A stretch of DNA of 63,245 nucleotides, counting the filler, from Dugesia japonica (Eukaryota), in NCBI GenBank assembly GCA_001938525.1. It is 6 parts of 6 records of this genome, joined end to end, with 100 filler letters (N's around TTAATTAATTAA, not from the genome) between each part and the next. Parts side by side here need not be neighbours in the genome. Positions count along the whole stretch, not along the records: positions 9,377 to 18,060 come from MQRL01629879.1; positions 18,161 to 28,822 come from MQRL01589175.1; 4 more parts are not named here. One strand, written 5' to 3'. The position numbers and the translations under genes were made by a program. Every line of letters begins with the position of its first letter. The stretch's first letter is position 1. Below are positions 13,895-26,530 of the stretch, in pieces. The notes beneath the pieces were generated by a model that saw only the letters and a program-made list of their open reading frames with translations, ran no database searches and was not told the DNA's origin.

Positions 13895-14195
13895 ATGGCT
13901 GTTAATAATATTATGGAAAGTAACTTTTATAAACTCTTAAAAATTTATAATTTTATTGAAAACCCTATTTCAAGGTTTTGTAAACAAAATAATGTAAATG
14001 AAAAAACAGTAACAAAATATTTAAGAGAATTTAATATTCCTTATAATCGAAAAAAACATTAAAATTTCAAAAAGAGATGTTTCTGGACAATATGAATCTT
14101 TGATAAAACGATTTGAGCAAAGACAAATAAAAAGTGAGCTAACACAAACAAAGAGCGAAAATAAAAACTTAAAGAAAAAATTAGAAAAAATATAA
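13895..14195 (+). pseudogene. HTH-like DNA-binding protein paralog 1 (interrupted)
   Basis: FYKLLKIYNFIENPISRFCKQNNVNEKTVTKYLREFNIPYNRKKH*, paralogous to 14333 and 29466. Confidence 0.7.
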
Positions 14196-14332
14196 TATCA
14201 GAATAAAACAGTAGTTTTTTTATTATTAAGCTTTTAGTATAGAATTAAAGTTTGGAAAAATAGTATAGAATTATGTAAATACAGTATAGACTTAAGAGAA
14301 AACCGTATAGTGTTCAATTTTTTATTAATAAA

Positions 14333-14707
14333 ATGTCTTGTAATAATAATGTGAATAAATTAGATACAACTGAAGCAGAATTTTATAAACTCATAAAAAG
14401 TTATAATTTTATACAAAATTCAGTTTTGAGTTTTTCTAAACAAAATAACTTAAGTGAAAAAACTGTAAGAAAATATTTAAGAGAATTTAATATTCCTTAT
14501 AATAGAAGAACAAAGATTAAAACTTTAAAAAGAAATGTTAATGGCCAATATGAATCTTTAAAACAAAGATATCAACGGTTGCAAAGACAAAATCAAAGTC
14601 AAAACCAAATTCCTATTAGACCTATTCAAAACCAGCTAACACAAATACAAAAACCTAAAATAGTTTATCGTAAAATGAATGATTCAGATTTTTTAAAAGT
14701 TGGTTGA
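14333..14707 (+). CDS. HTH-like DNA-binding protein paralog 2
   Basis: SVLSFSKQNNLSEKTVRKYLREFNIPY has a helix-turn-helix pattern; homolog of 29466-29840. Confidence 0.65.
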   Translation: MSCNNNVNKLDTTEAEFYKLIKSYNFIQNSVLSFSKQNNLSEKTVRKYLREFNIPYNRRTKIKTLKRNVNGQYESLKQRYQRLQRQNQSQNQIPIRPIQNQLTQIQKPKIVYRKMNDSDFLKVG

Positions 14708-14756
14708 AAATACTGTTCTCTTGAAATTATAGAATTTTATTTTTTCAGTAAAGAAA

Positions 14757-16088
14757 ATGGAACCAACAAAATTAAATATTGATAATAATATTACTTTCAA
14801 TCAACTTTTATTAAAAATTGAGGTTTTAAAAATTTAACCAACATCTGGTTCAATTAATAATTTAATGCAAAATGGAGATAATACTTTTCAATCTTTATTA
14901 ACTACAACTCCATTAGATATTTGTAATTCAATGTTATATTTTTATATAACTCTAGAATTGGGTGATGCAGATAAAAATTATGAAAAAATAACTTTGAAAA
15001 ATAATTGGTTTCCAAGTTTATTCAAAACAATGAGATTAAGTTTGGGTTCTACAGATGTACAAATAATTAAAGAACCAGGGATAATATCAACAATGTTGAA
15101 TTTTGTAAAAACTAGTTCAACTTATAAAAAAGAATATGGAAAATTATCAGGATGGGTTCCAGATACTATAAATGGAGATACCGATGTTAAAAGTTGGCTA
15201 GCAAACGTAGGTTTCTTTGAAAGAAGGAGATTATATGAAAAGAAATTTGAAGGTTATTTTCCTTTGAAAAATTTATTTGGATTTTTACAGTGTTACAATC
15301 GATTATTATATAACACATTAATTATATTAACTTGCAATCGAAAAATTGATGATAAATAATTATTCTTTGGAGAAACAGGCACAACTGCTAGTTTAAAATT
15401 AGTAAATTTAGAATTACATATTCCTGAATGTAAATTAAATCCAAAAATGGAAGTAAATCTGTTGGAAAGACGTTTAACGAATAAATCTATTCAAGTTTCT
15501 TATTTAAATAGAATTGTTTCAAGAACAACTTTAGATGTAGGTGATTATTATTCTGTTAAATTTAGTAATTTAGCTTATAAACCAAGATATATATTTATTT
15601 GTATAAAAGATAAGAAATTTCATATCAAAAGAATAATAATTTATCTATTCAAAAGATAACAAAAACTGTAAAGATAAAAGATGGAACTAGTGAAAAGGAA
15701 ATAATTAGTTATCCTCACCTTAAAACTATACAATTAGAATTAAATAAAACATATTATCCTATAAATGAATGTAAATTTTATATTAAAGATAATAAAATGG
15801 CTTTCCCATATTTAAGTTTTATAAATCTTTGTAAAGACTTTTCTATTTAATCAATTATTTCTTCAAGACTTTAGTAATTTATATCTATTCTTTTGTTTTG
15901 ATGTAAGTTCTCAAGATGATAAATTAAATATTAACAATGTAGATGTAACTTTACACATAACTAAAGATACTGAATTTCAAGGAAATATATATTAATGTAT
16001 TTTAGAAGAAAAACATATTGAAATGAAATTAGAAAATTGTAAAATTGTAATGATTGAAAATAAAAAAGGATTAGATTTAAAAAAATAA
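14757..16088 (+). pseudogene. Polinton major capsid protein, degenerate
   Basis: Colinear homology to 30556-31914 (PLDICN, YKKEYG.LSGW.PD, FEGYF.L.NLFGF, C-terminal GLD.K), with stops and frameshifts. Confidence 0.88.
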
Positions 16089-16112
16089 TTATACAATTAA
16101 ATTTTAAATAAA

Positions 16113-17503
16113 ATGGATATAAACTTTCAGAATAATAAACCCCAGAAAACCCCATTTATTTGTGAAAATTTTAAAAAAATATTACTAAGAAAAAATAAAG
16201 TTAGACATTTAAAAATATGTATATAGAATATTCAAACTGGTGGTGATCGCGAAGCTTCTTTCAGTCGCGACCAAGAGAGAGCTCAAGCCGGAGGCGATCT
16301 ATAATCTTCTAAATTAACTTCAGCAATTTAAAAACCATTTACTTGGAAAAAGTATCCAGGAGAAAGACATTTATTTAAACATAATTATACAGGACCAGGA
16401 ACAAGATTAGATTTCAGATTAGATTCCGAAGGTAAACCGCAACCTGGAGAAGAACCAATTAATAGAGTAGATGAAGCGGCTTTAAAACATGATTTATCTT
16501 ACAAATCAGAAGTAGATTTACTAGAAACTTGACGTTTAAGAGATAGACATTTAGCCGATGTAAATTTAATTCATGATTTGAATAATATTCCAAACCCAAC
16601 TACTTCAGAAAAAATACAAAGAGGTTTAGTAAAATTAGCAATGAAAGGTAAAATTATTTTAGGGGCTGGAAGGAACGAAGTGAGTTCCATCTCTATAGAT
16701 GAAAATAAAGAAATATTATCAAACAAACTTCGTACCAAGGAACTTCGTGCCAAGGAATTACATCATGAATATAGAAAACCAAAATATTTTCTAAAAGTAA
16801 TAATAAAGGAAATTGATGAAACTTGGTCTGCAGATTTAATTTTTATTCCACAATAAGAAAATAATACTAACAGTTATCGATTTATATTCTAGATTTGCAT
16901 TTGTAGAAATATGTAGTAATAAAACAGGTCAAGCAATAACAAACTCATTTGAAAATATAATTGAAGAAAATAATAGAGTTCCAAATAATTTATTGGTTGA
17001 CAAAGGAAGTGAATTTTATAATAAAATATTTAAATATTTTTGTAAAGAAAATAATATTAATTTATACTTATACTGAAAACGAGAGGAAAGCAGTTGTTAT
17101 TGTAAGATTTAATAAAACATTTAAAAATAAATTATTTAAACGTTTTACATTAGTTGGAAACTAAAAATTTGATAAAAACTTGTTGGATAAAATTGTAAAT
17201 GATTATAATAATACAATTCATAGTTCTATAAAAACAACTCTAAAAGAAGTTAGTGAAAATCCTGAAAACATAAAAGAAATAATCGAAGATCATAATCATG
17301 AAAATAATAACTTTAGTTTTAAACAGAAATTTCAAATTGTCGATAGAGTTAGAATCTTTAAATATAAATATAAATTTGAAAAAGGTTTTTTAGCCAAATG
17401 GACAAATGAAATATTTGTTGTAACCCAAATTTATAAAACAAAACTCTTTACTTATGGAATTACAGATTTAGAAAACGAAAAGATTTTGCGTAGATTTTAT
17501 GGT
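16113..17503 (+). pseudogene. PLA2-integrase fusion, degenerate; 3' end interrupted
   Basis: HNYTGPGTRLD...PINRVDEAALKHDLSY; ORF 16578-16856 runs in frame from the PLA2 tail into ETWSADL; then DKGSEF, RFNKTFK and an SH3-like tail ending RFY at 17500. Confidence 0.88.
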
Positions 17504-18060
17504 AGTAGATAGATAGTGGGGGTCAGCACCACGCACACATTCAGCAAACCCCTCCCCCCCGCCATGACGTAACGAAATATAATCCTAATGTATTTAGTTG
17601 GGAATTTAAAAATTGCATCATTAGGTAATAGTACTTAATTTGGGGTTACTTTTTTCCTGTTTATTTAGTTGGGAAAATTTTTCAGGCTTCTTAAACGGTA
17701 ATATTTTTCAGGCTTTTTAGTTGAAAATTTGCTCCGTGAGGTCGACGAGGTTAAATTTTGATTGGTTTTAAGTGGTTTTTGTCGAAAGTTTTCTCGGTGA
17801 GGTGGAATAAAATGGATTTTTTGTTGGTCCAGGTGAATTTGGTCTAATTTTTCATTGGGATTGGTTGGTTTGGGTAATTTTTGGGCGTTTTGGTCAAATT
17901 TTTTTCCTCGGCATTGATGATTTTTGGGTGATTTAGGTGAAATTGGTCCAAAATTTCCTCGGTAAGGTCGAATGAGGTTAAATTTTGTTGGTTCTGATGA
18001 ATTTGGTCTGAAATTTTCAAGTGTTTTAAAATTATTTTAAACTTTTGTGGTATAATTAGT
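17504..18060 (+). mobile_element. Polinton-like terminus inserted into element A integrase
   Basis: AGTAGATAGATAG begins exactly where integrase homology stops, followed by a GC-rich block and GT-rich subterminal repeats (ggtgaggtcga..aggttaaattttg.ttgg). Confidence 0.6.
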
Positions 18061-18214
18061 NNNNNNNNNNNNNNNNNNNNNNNNNNNNNNNNNNNNNNNN
18101 NNNNTTAATTAATTAANNNNNNNNNNNNNNNNNNNNNNNNNNNNNNNNNNNNNNNNNNNNTATTATTATTATTATTATTATCATTATTATTATTATTTTT
18201 ATTTTTATTAATAT

Positions 18215-21041
18215 TGTTGGGGCGAAACTCCCAGTGGAATGAGAAACAAGGCTGGAGGGGGTCATGAATCGTCAACTATCAAAATAGAAATTGCGGGAAG
18301 GAAAATGTTAAGAGAAGCCACTGTGGAAAATCAGGCAGGGGAATTAGGATCCTATTGATAAAAGAAGGTGATTAAATTAAATTGGATTAATTATAATAAT
18401 CGAAAGAATTAATAAAATTAATGATGAAAATGATTAACAGAAGAAGAAATAACTACAAAAAAAATATCAATTAATTTAAACGAAAAAAATTAATTAAATT
18501 TGGACCAAAATTCAATTTAGGCCGATAACTTCGTTCCAGTTAAGCACACGAGGAGGGCTGAAGAAAATCTTAGAGGAATTTCGGCTAGGGCATTGGAATT
18601 GGATGGTATTATTATTATAACGGTTACGGTGATGGTCATTATTGTGATTATTATCGTTAGTATTATTATTAGCGATTTATCCTGATTAGTATCGCCACTA
18701 TTAATGTTAGTAGGAATTTTATTATTATACGTTAAAACTTCTATTGATTATTATTTAGAACTATGATTACCATTATTGACAGTACTATCATTACAGATAC
18801 CAATATTATTATTATGCTTTTGAGCATTATGGTGGTTATTCTTATTATTATTAATATTATTATTAAAATGATTTTGTTCCTACTGCTTAGTATTATTATA
18901 ATACTTATTATTATTACTATTGATAGTGTGATAACTAATATTATTTCCCTAACGAGATCATTATGTTCATAATTAATAACATTCCCTTAATTATTACCCT
19001 TTTATTGGTGTAAACCCCATTTTAATAAGAACAGTCATTGACAACTATTCATTTTGAGGAACTAAGTCATAAGTTAAATACTGCGGTTAATGGTTTCATT
19101 CTTTAGCTCATGTCAGCAGATCTGCATCGTACCCTACGTTGGATAAAGAAGCAGCGTCAAATTGCCCGATCAAAGCAGTTAATAGCTCTTATACTGACTA
19201 AAGGGGGAATCGAGTACTCAGATGAGACAGACCTTTGTTGTCTTGCAGAGATGTTCCCTTTGGAAGATGGAGTAGACTTAGATAAGGAGTGATTTTGGTT
19301 TTGTTAACATCCCTATGATAAAGTAGAATCTGTATAAACTTTGCGATGTTGTCATAACTATTGATACAAATTGTTTCTTATATCTTAATGCTGTTTTATT
19401 TGAATTTCACTATTTTTCCTTTTTCTTAGAGATGGAGTCTATATAGTAGCGGGTAGTTGATAGACGAACTCGCCGAGTAATCTTCAGACGACATTATAAC
19501 CCCCACAATTGTGACGCTGGCATTTTGGCCGATAGATCTAATCTGCCCCTAGTGGAGTCCATCGTAGCTCATATAAGAGATTATGGAGAGCGTCAACATT
19601 ATCAAACCTGGACAGGCCCTGATCGAAACTCTTGTGACGACCTTCCAATATCACCCTCCAACTCCGACTCCAACTCCCGCTATACAGGCCTTTATAACCA
19701 ACCTTCTCTGGGTGATTAGGGAACCAACCGGAGTGACTGATGTCGAAAACTCGATCCCCATGTTGACAATAATAGTGATCCCCAATAAATTTTGTCTCTT
19801 ATAAATGAAAATAAATAGATGTCTCGTTTATTGTTGATTTATATTATATCTACATACATTAGTTAAGATGAATTTCTGCTCTATTGAAGATATATTACTA
19901 GGCCTTGAAGGTTTCATGATTAATCACAATAATATTTCAGTGCATTCCTCCCTGAATAAATCACAGGCTCCGAATAAAAAACTACGAGAAACTAGTAAAG
20001 ACCTTGATCTCACTTGGGATCTGTATAAGTTAGCCAAGCGTCGCTGGGAAGGCGACGTTGCCAGCGCTGAGGCCAAGGTTCGACGTTACAAAAAGAAATG
20101 TCTGGCTTTCAAAACGGAAGCCGAGGCATCCCATCAACAGAAGAGAGTATGGAAGGCCCAGTTGGAATACTTGACCGATATTATCCGGTCCCACCATGAC
20201 CGAGAAAATAAACTGGTCGACGACATCTTAAAGTTAAGGAAGCTCATGCCACTAACTCCTCTCATGGTGGACAAAGGGGTTCAGGTCCTTTGCCCCTAGC
20301 TGTTGTGTTAATAAAAAATTTTTTTTTGTTTGTTCCTTTTAGTCTGAACTATTTTCGTTAGCACACATAATTATTGTTATTAACTTACTTTGAATATCAT
20401 TAACCAATTCTTTTCTTTAGTGCCACGGATAGAGTTCCCTTATAGTTTACGACGGTGTCACCGGATTATGAAAAGGCTCTTAATAGAAAGACACCTTAAA
20501 AAGAGAACAGACGGAGCAATTCCTAAACACTTGGCCCAGAGAGATAAATTGATAAAAGATTAGATGTAATCGTAAAGAAACAAAATGAGTTAGCGGTCCA
20601 AACCAAGGCCCTGGAAGCAGAAACCAAGCTACTATTGTTGAGGGAAATAGATTTCCTAAAACAGTACATCGCCGACCTTTCTCGCCGGATTGGTAATCTA
20701 GCTGGGATTCAATGGAACGACAATGATGACATCGTGGCGTTCAATTTTTTGACCACCGACCCCGACCAGTGGTTAGACTCCAGCGTGTTAGACAAATTAT
20801 AATTTTCATGTTTAATAAACGTTTCCAGTATCAAGGACTTGAAATTTTGTATATGTTAAGGGAAAACAATGAACATGAATATAAGGCTTATGGACGCGCA
20901 CCTCCCATTAAGAGAGAGGTCAACCATCATATGCTGAAGACCTGACTTAGGAGCGTCAGGGAAAATTCTTGAACGGGGTCCCCTGAAGGCTGCTTTTCCT
21001 CAGACGTCATTATCTATCGGTAACTCAGGTGGGACCCAAAA
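18215..21041 (+). mobile_element. 2.8-kb solo-LTR-like insertion carrying small ORFs
   Basis: Ends TGTTGGG / CCCAAAA (one mismatch), flanks aatat / agtat (possible 5-bp TSD), TAT-rich sequence on both sides, higher GC than surroundings. Confidence 0.5.
19868..20299 (+). CDS. Hypothetical coiled-coil protein within the LTR-like unit
   Basis: 143-aa ORF of normal composition with a helical charged segment; AATAAA ~10 bp after the stop. Confidence 0.5.
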   Translation: MNFCSIEDILLGLEGFMINHNNISVHSSLNKSQAPNKKLRETSKDLDLTWDLYKLAKRRWEGDVASAEAKVRRYKKKCLAFKTEAEASHQQKRVWKAQLEYLTDIIRSHHDRENKLVDDILKLRKLMPLTPLMVDKGVQVLCP

Positions 21042-21068
21042 AGTATTATTATTATTGTTATTATTATT

Positions 21069-21700
21069 AGTAGGTAGATAATGGCACATGGGCACAATTT
21101 AATCTGGGTACAATTTTATAAATCACTCCCTCACGCTCCCAACGCGTTAGAGGGCTCGAAAACACATTACGCTTGAGCTGCGTTTTTTTACGTGATTTTT
21201 GTGATCTTTTTTTTGCTAAGATTTTTGGGATTGGAAAAACGAGGAGGAGGAGCTGGAGTTCGTCGAGATAATTTTTTTGTAGTTTTAAATATTTGGTTGT
21301 GGTTGGACAAAAATTTGGTCTATATATTGTCTAAAGGAGTTATGAGTTTGGATGGATGGTTTGTGCTACAATGGTAGTGACACATGGGAACAGTCGTATG
21401 AGTTATCGTGGGTAGCTTTTATGGAGGCTGTAGGTTTGTTTGTGATTGATGAAATTTATTGGTTGATTGTTTGTTGGAGAGCTAATGTGATATGGAAGAT
21501 TTTGGTTGTCGAATGTGCTTTAATTTTTTATTTTAAGGGCTTGAATTTGATTGGTTTATTCTGTACGTAGTATAAGTGTGTTTAAAAAATTTCGTGAGGT
21601 GGAGATTGGTATGTGTGGATAAAGAATTAATTATCTTTTTTTATTAAATTATTTTTTTAAATTTAATTTATTGTTTAATTCTATTTAGATTGAATACATC
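21069..21700 (+). mobile_element. Polinton-like terminus upstream of PolB relic
   Basis: AGTAGGTAGATAA start after a TAT tract; shares sequence with 5510-6000; PolB follows. Confidence 0.55.
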
Positions 21701-21779
21701 AATGTTACTTAAATCGTCTTATTGAGCTTATAAGAGCTTAAAAGAGAGCAAGTTAAAATTCAATTTAGGGTACATGTCG

Positions 21780-24700
21780 AGTTCAAAAGAATAATAACAA
21801 CTGCTGATGGATAAGAAAAGGAGTTTAAAACCTGTAGAATATCGAATAGAGTCGTTGCATTATCTGATTACTTTTTTGAAGATGGGATCAAACCAACGGT
21901 ATCAACTAATTGAATGTAAAATAACAATAAAAAGCAAACTAGGCTCCAGTTGGATGTTGAATAGAGTACTAGAAATTAATTTTAAGATCACAAAGGTTGC
22001 AGATATATGTCGACTTACAGGAAAATGTTTTATTCCAACACCGAAAGATCTAGACAAGAAAAAATCTATTCTAAACATTAAAAACAATGATAATTACTGN
22101 NNNNNNNNNNNNNNNNNNNNNNNNNNNNNNNNNNNNNNNNNNNNNNNNNNNNNNNNNNNNNNNNNNNNNNNNNNNNNNNNNNNNNNNNNNNNNNNNNNNN
22201 NNNNNNNNNNNNNNNNNNNNNNNNNNNNNGATTGATATACCAAAGTTTGAGAAGAATAATCCAGGACTATCCATCAATGTCCTATCGTGGAATCAACAAT
22301 CAGAGGAGGATGAAAAAGATGAAGTAATCATGAAACATCCAAATTTGGACATAATACACCGATCAAAAGTGATATATAGAGAGAAAAATATCTGTTATTA
22401 TTGGAAAATAACAATAGATTCTATTTCATCACAGTAATGAATCTAAATCGACTAATGAACCGAGATAATAAAAGACAGGGTGTACGTATTCAATCAACAT
22501 GGTATTCTAACTGTTTAAATGGATTAGAAAATAGAGTAGCTTATGAGAAGCATGGACTAATTTGCGAAAATATCCAGACAGGTACCACAATGTATACGAT
22601 GCCATCGGAGAAGAACCTTATTTTTAAGGATTATTCAAAATCAATTACACCACATTTTGTTATATATGCGGACTTTGAGCCAGTTTTACCTCCAGACGAG
22701 AAGCATTTCCAGAAACATTTACCCGTTTCGGCTGATCTGTTGTTAGTTAATAATTTTACCAACGAAACAAAATACAGTCAGTTTATTAGNNNNNNNNNNN
22801 NNNNNNNNNNNNNNNNNNNNNNNNNNNNNNNNNNNNNNNTAGCGAAAACATTGTGCTTCCTTATAATGAAACAAAAGGAAAAAAGAAAATTATAATAACA
22901 TTAGATCAAGATATTCAAAGATGCAAGAATTCAAAGCTGCAAAAATTTGTTATTTATGCAAAAAGGAAATAAGAGATTCCGTATGTGACCATGACCATTT
23001 CACAAGGAAATATAGAGGAGCAGCATGTAACCAATGCAATTTAAGTAGACAATTGCATATTCAACTACCAGTGATCTTTCATAATTTAAAAGGATATGAT
23101 CATCATCATATGTTTAATTGTACGACAAAATAAAACAACAATTACATCCATCGACAGTTATCAGTTTATAAATTCCTCATTGGATTCTGCTATTAAATCC
23201 TTAAAAACGATACCTTTGACTACAGAGGTGTTTAAGAATCAGATTATTATCAAGTCAAATGGGATATTTCCGTACAGTTTTGCAACGAGCTTACAGGTTT
23301 TGGAAGAAACAAAGCAAATGCCACCAAAATGGGAGAATGTTAGTAGAGAAGAGTATGCAAAAGCACTATCGATGTAGGAAATATTCAACTGTACAAATTT
23401 GCTGGACTATATGATGTTATATTTAAAGCTAGATTTGTATTTGTTAGCAAATTGATTTCAACAATTCCGTGCNNNNNNNNNNNNNNNNNNNNNNNNNNNN
23501 NNNNNNNNNNNNNNNNNNNNNNAACAACTTGGAGCCGTTGAATTTCTTTGGATTACCAGGAATGCCGTGGGCATCTGTATTGATGTCATTAGAAAAACCG
23601 ATTGAGTTGCTCCAAGATAACGATATGTATACCTTTTTTGAAAGAGGTGTAAGAGGAGGATTAAAATTCTTCAACAAGCACCATGTTGCCACTAGTGAAA
23701 AATGTTGACCTTTTGTATATAGATATTAATAATTTATATGGTTGGGCACTTAGTCAAAAGTTGCCCTTTGCAAAATTCGAATTGTTCTATGATGGATTAG
23801 ATAACGTTTTGGAAAAGTGTAATAATGCAGATCTATATTCATTGACATATGGATACACTCTAGAGGTAAACATGATGATTCCAGCAGAAATTCATGATTA
23901 TTTAAATGATTTACCGGTTGCAGCAGAACATAGAAGCGCTCCAGGCTAAAAAAAGAAGAAATAAATGTTAACGCACTACTCCAAGATCAATTACGTAGTG
24001 CACTGGAGATTGCTGCAGATGTATTGAAGTTTAGGAGTTAAAGTAACAGAGGTTTATCGNNNNNNNNNNNNNNNNNNNNNNNNNNNNNNNNNNNNNNNNN
24101 NNNNNNNNNNNNNNNNNNNNNNNNNNNNNNNNNTACAGAATTGAATAAAAATTATTATAAACTGTTAAATAACAGTTTATATGGAAAATAAGTGGAGAAT
24201 CTTAAGAACAGGATCAATCTGCGCTAATGTAATTCGGCAAAGAAGCTGATTACATATACATCAAAAGCCGGATTTCGGAATACTATAAAAATTGATAATG
24301 ATTTATTTGCTGTTATTCTCAATACGGACATAGTTTGTTTGGATCGTCTGACATACATAGAACAAACTGTACTTGACCTCACAAAATTGAGAATGTACAA
24401 ACTTCAGTACATTGAGTTGGACAAGTACAAGAAGAAATATAAATGTAAAATTAATATTTTAGCCGGCGATACAGATAGTGTTTTTCTAGAAAAATAAAAT
24501 ACTGAATTAGAAAAAATAACAGCAAGTATGGCGAGAGATCAGTTACTCGATACTTCGAATTATGATAAAGATCATACCCTTTATAGTAATAGCATGAACT
24601 CAGTTATAGGGAAATTCAAAGATGAGAATAAAGGGAAGAAGTATCAAGAATGGGTATTTTTGAGACCGAAATGCCTGCTCGGAAAAAAGATCAACATAAG

Positions 24701-24926
24701 AGTCAAATGCATAACATTGAAGAAAACTGAAATATTTAATCAGCCTTACCTTGACTGTTATAATGATAACAAACCGGTCTCTGTAGAGCAATTCAGAATA
24801 ACATCTAAAAACCATCAGCTCTACAGCATTAATTCGAATAAATTGGCGCTTACTAATAAAGATAATAAGCGCGTGTGGGTAAGTAAAAATGACAGTGTCC
24901 CATATGGTCACTATAGTATTAAATAG
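21780..24926 (+). pseudogene. polB: Protein-primed family B DNA polymerase (Polinton element B), degenerate
   Basis: VIYADFE (Exo I), CYLC..DHDHFTRKYRGAACNQCN, YIDINNLYGWALSQKLP (motif A), YKLLNNSLYGK (B), AGDTDSVF (C), IGKFKDE. Many stops. Confidence 0.92.
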
Positions 24927-26114
24927 TTTTTTCCATAAAACCACACATTCGATCCACACAGCTTTGACAAGACCAAAACCTCAAAAAAGTAATTATTTTG
25001 TTTATACATGTTATTTTTAATTATTTATATTTAGATTATAATGAGAAAAGAAAAAACAAAACATTTTTTAACGTATAACCGGTCCTCTTTAGGACCAACA
25101 ATTATATATTGATGCATTTATTTGTAATAAAAAAATGTTATTTCATCGATTGTCTTATTATTTATTCATTTATAAACATTTCGCAAATATGCATTGTGTA
25201 TGACATCAGAATATTAATGAAAAAGATATTTACATATACGTTTTTTTTATTTATATGTACAAGTTGCACACTTTTATGATTTAATATAGAAAAAATTGCA
25301 TCACCAATATGTTTTTTATAGAAACCATGCCTCACTAATGTTTTTTTTAAAAAAATTTATTAAAAATTGAGATGAGATTTTTTATTAAAAATGGAAACAT
25401 TAATAAATAGTGAGTTTATTTCTTTTATACGTTAATTTAATGTAAATTTAGGTAAATCAAAAAAAACTTTCATTATTATATGGTCAATTATGTTTAAAGG
25501 TTCCATAGTAATATGGTCTATGATATTTAAAGGTTCCTTAGTAATATGGNNNNNNNNNNNNNNNNNNNNNNNNNNNNNNNNNNNNNNNNNNNNNNNNNNN
25601 NNNNNNNNNNNNNNNNNNNNNNNNNNNNNNNNNNNNNNNNNNNNNNNNNNNNNNNNNNNNNNNNNNNNNNNNNNNNNNNNNNNNNNNNNNNNNNNNNNNN
25701 NNNNNNNNNNNNNNNNNNNNNNNNNNNNNNNNNNNNNNNNNNNNNNNNNNNNNNNNNNNNNNNNNNNNNNNNNNNNNNNNNNNNNNNNNNNNNNNNNNNN
25801 NNNNNNNNNNNNNNNNNNNNNNNNNCCATCTTATGCCAAATTTAGAGACTCCACATGCAAAATATCAAGACTGCCGTATCTCTTACAAATATAAAATAAT
25901 TTAATTAAATTTGATTATATTAACAAGCTTTCCCCCCGTTGAAATTTTAAATATCACCCCGCCCCAACCCCCAAAAAAATTATTAAAATTTGAATTACTA
26001 ACAAAATTCCACTATTAATTAAAAAAAAAGTTCCATTAATTAAAATAAAAAATACAATTCGATAACTCATACTGTGTCAAGGCGCTCCTCTCTACTTCAT
26101 TAAAATAAAACAGT

Positions 26115-26530
26115 TCAAGTGATCTACGATAAAAAAAATCATAGATAACTCAAAATTCAAGTGATCTACGAAAAAGAATTATAGATCACTCAAATTTCAA
26201 GTGATCTACTAAAAAAATAATAGATCACTCAAATTTCAAGTGATCTTCTAAAAACACTTTCTAGATCACCCAAAATTCGAGTGATCTATTAAAGAAAAAT
26301 TTTCTAATACCCAAAAAAATCTTTATAAACCCTAAAATATCCTAAAAACCCCAAATAAATCCTAGAAAATCACGAAAAATCCCCAAAAATCTCCAAAACT
26401 TTCATAGATCACCCAAAATTCATAGATGACATAAAATCCGAGTGAAAAACTCAGATCACTCAAACCGCTCTGAAAAATCATAGATCAACTACCTCCCAGA
26501 GAGGGTGATCTAATGCGCTACTATCCCACT
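26115..26530. repeat. Array of palindromic units TAGATCACT-caaatttca-AGTGATCTA, period ~40 bp
   Basis: Four to five units at 26115-26290 and partial units to 26512. The block ends ctactatcccact, a possible right terminus. Confidence 0.8.

Larger units (their letters stand above)
13143..17503 (+). mobile_element. Degenerate Polinton/adintovirus-like element A (left part)
   Basis: Zinc finger, two HTH-like genes, capsid and PLA2-integrase, all homologous to the element at 28923-44733. Left end inferred from AGT at the PLE break. Confidence 0.85.

Noticed and set aside
18763-18972. Ile-rich hydrophobic ORF
   Set aside because: Translation of a degenerate (ATT)n tract.
20934-20970. CTGAAGA-cctgac-ttaggagc-gtcagg-GAAA hammerhead-like core
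   Set aside because: Good stem II, but no convincing stem I or III pairing, and the closing pair is C-G rather than G-C.
25490-25894. ORFs spanning N runs
   Set aside because: Open only because of Ns.
26115-26290. CRISPR-like palindromic repeat array
   Set aside because: Spacers are only ~12-14 bp, A-rich and similar to each other; no cas genes; eukaryotic TE context.
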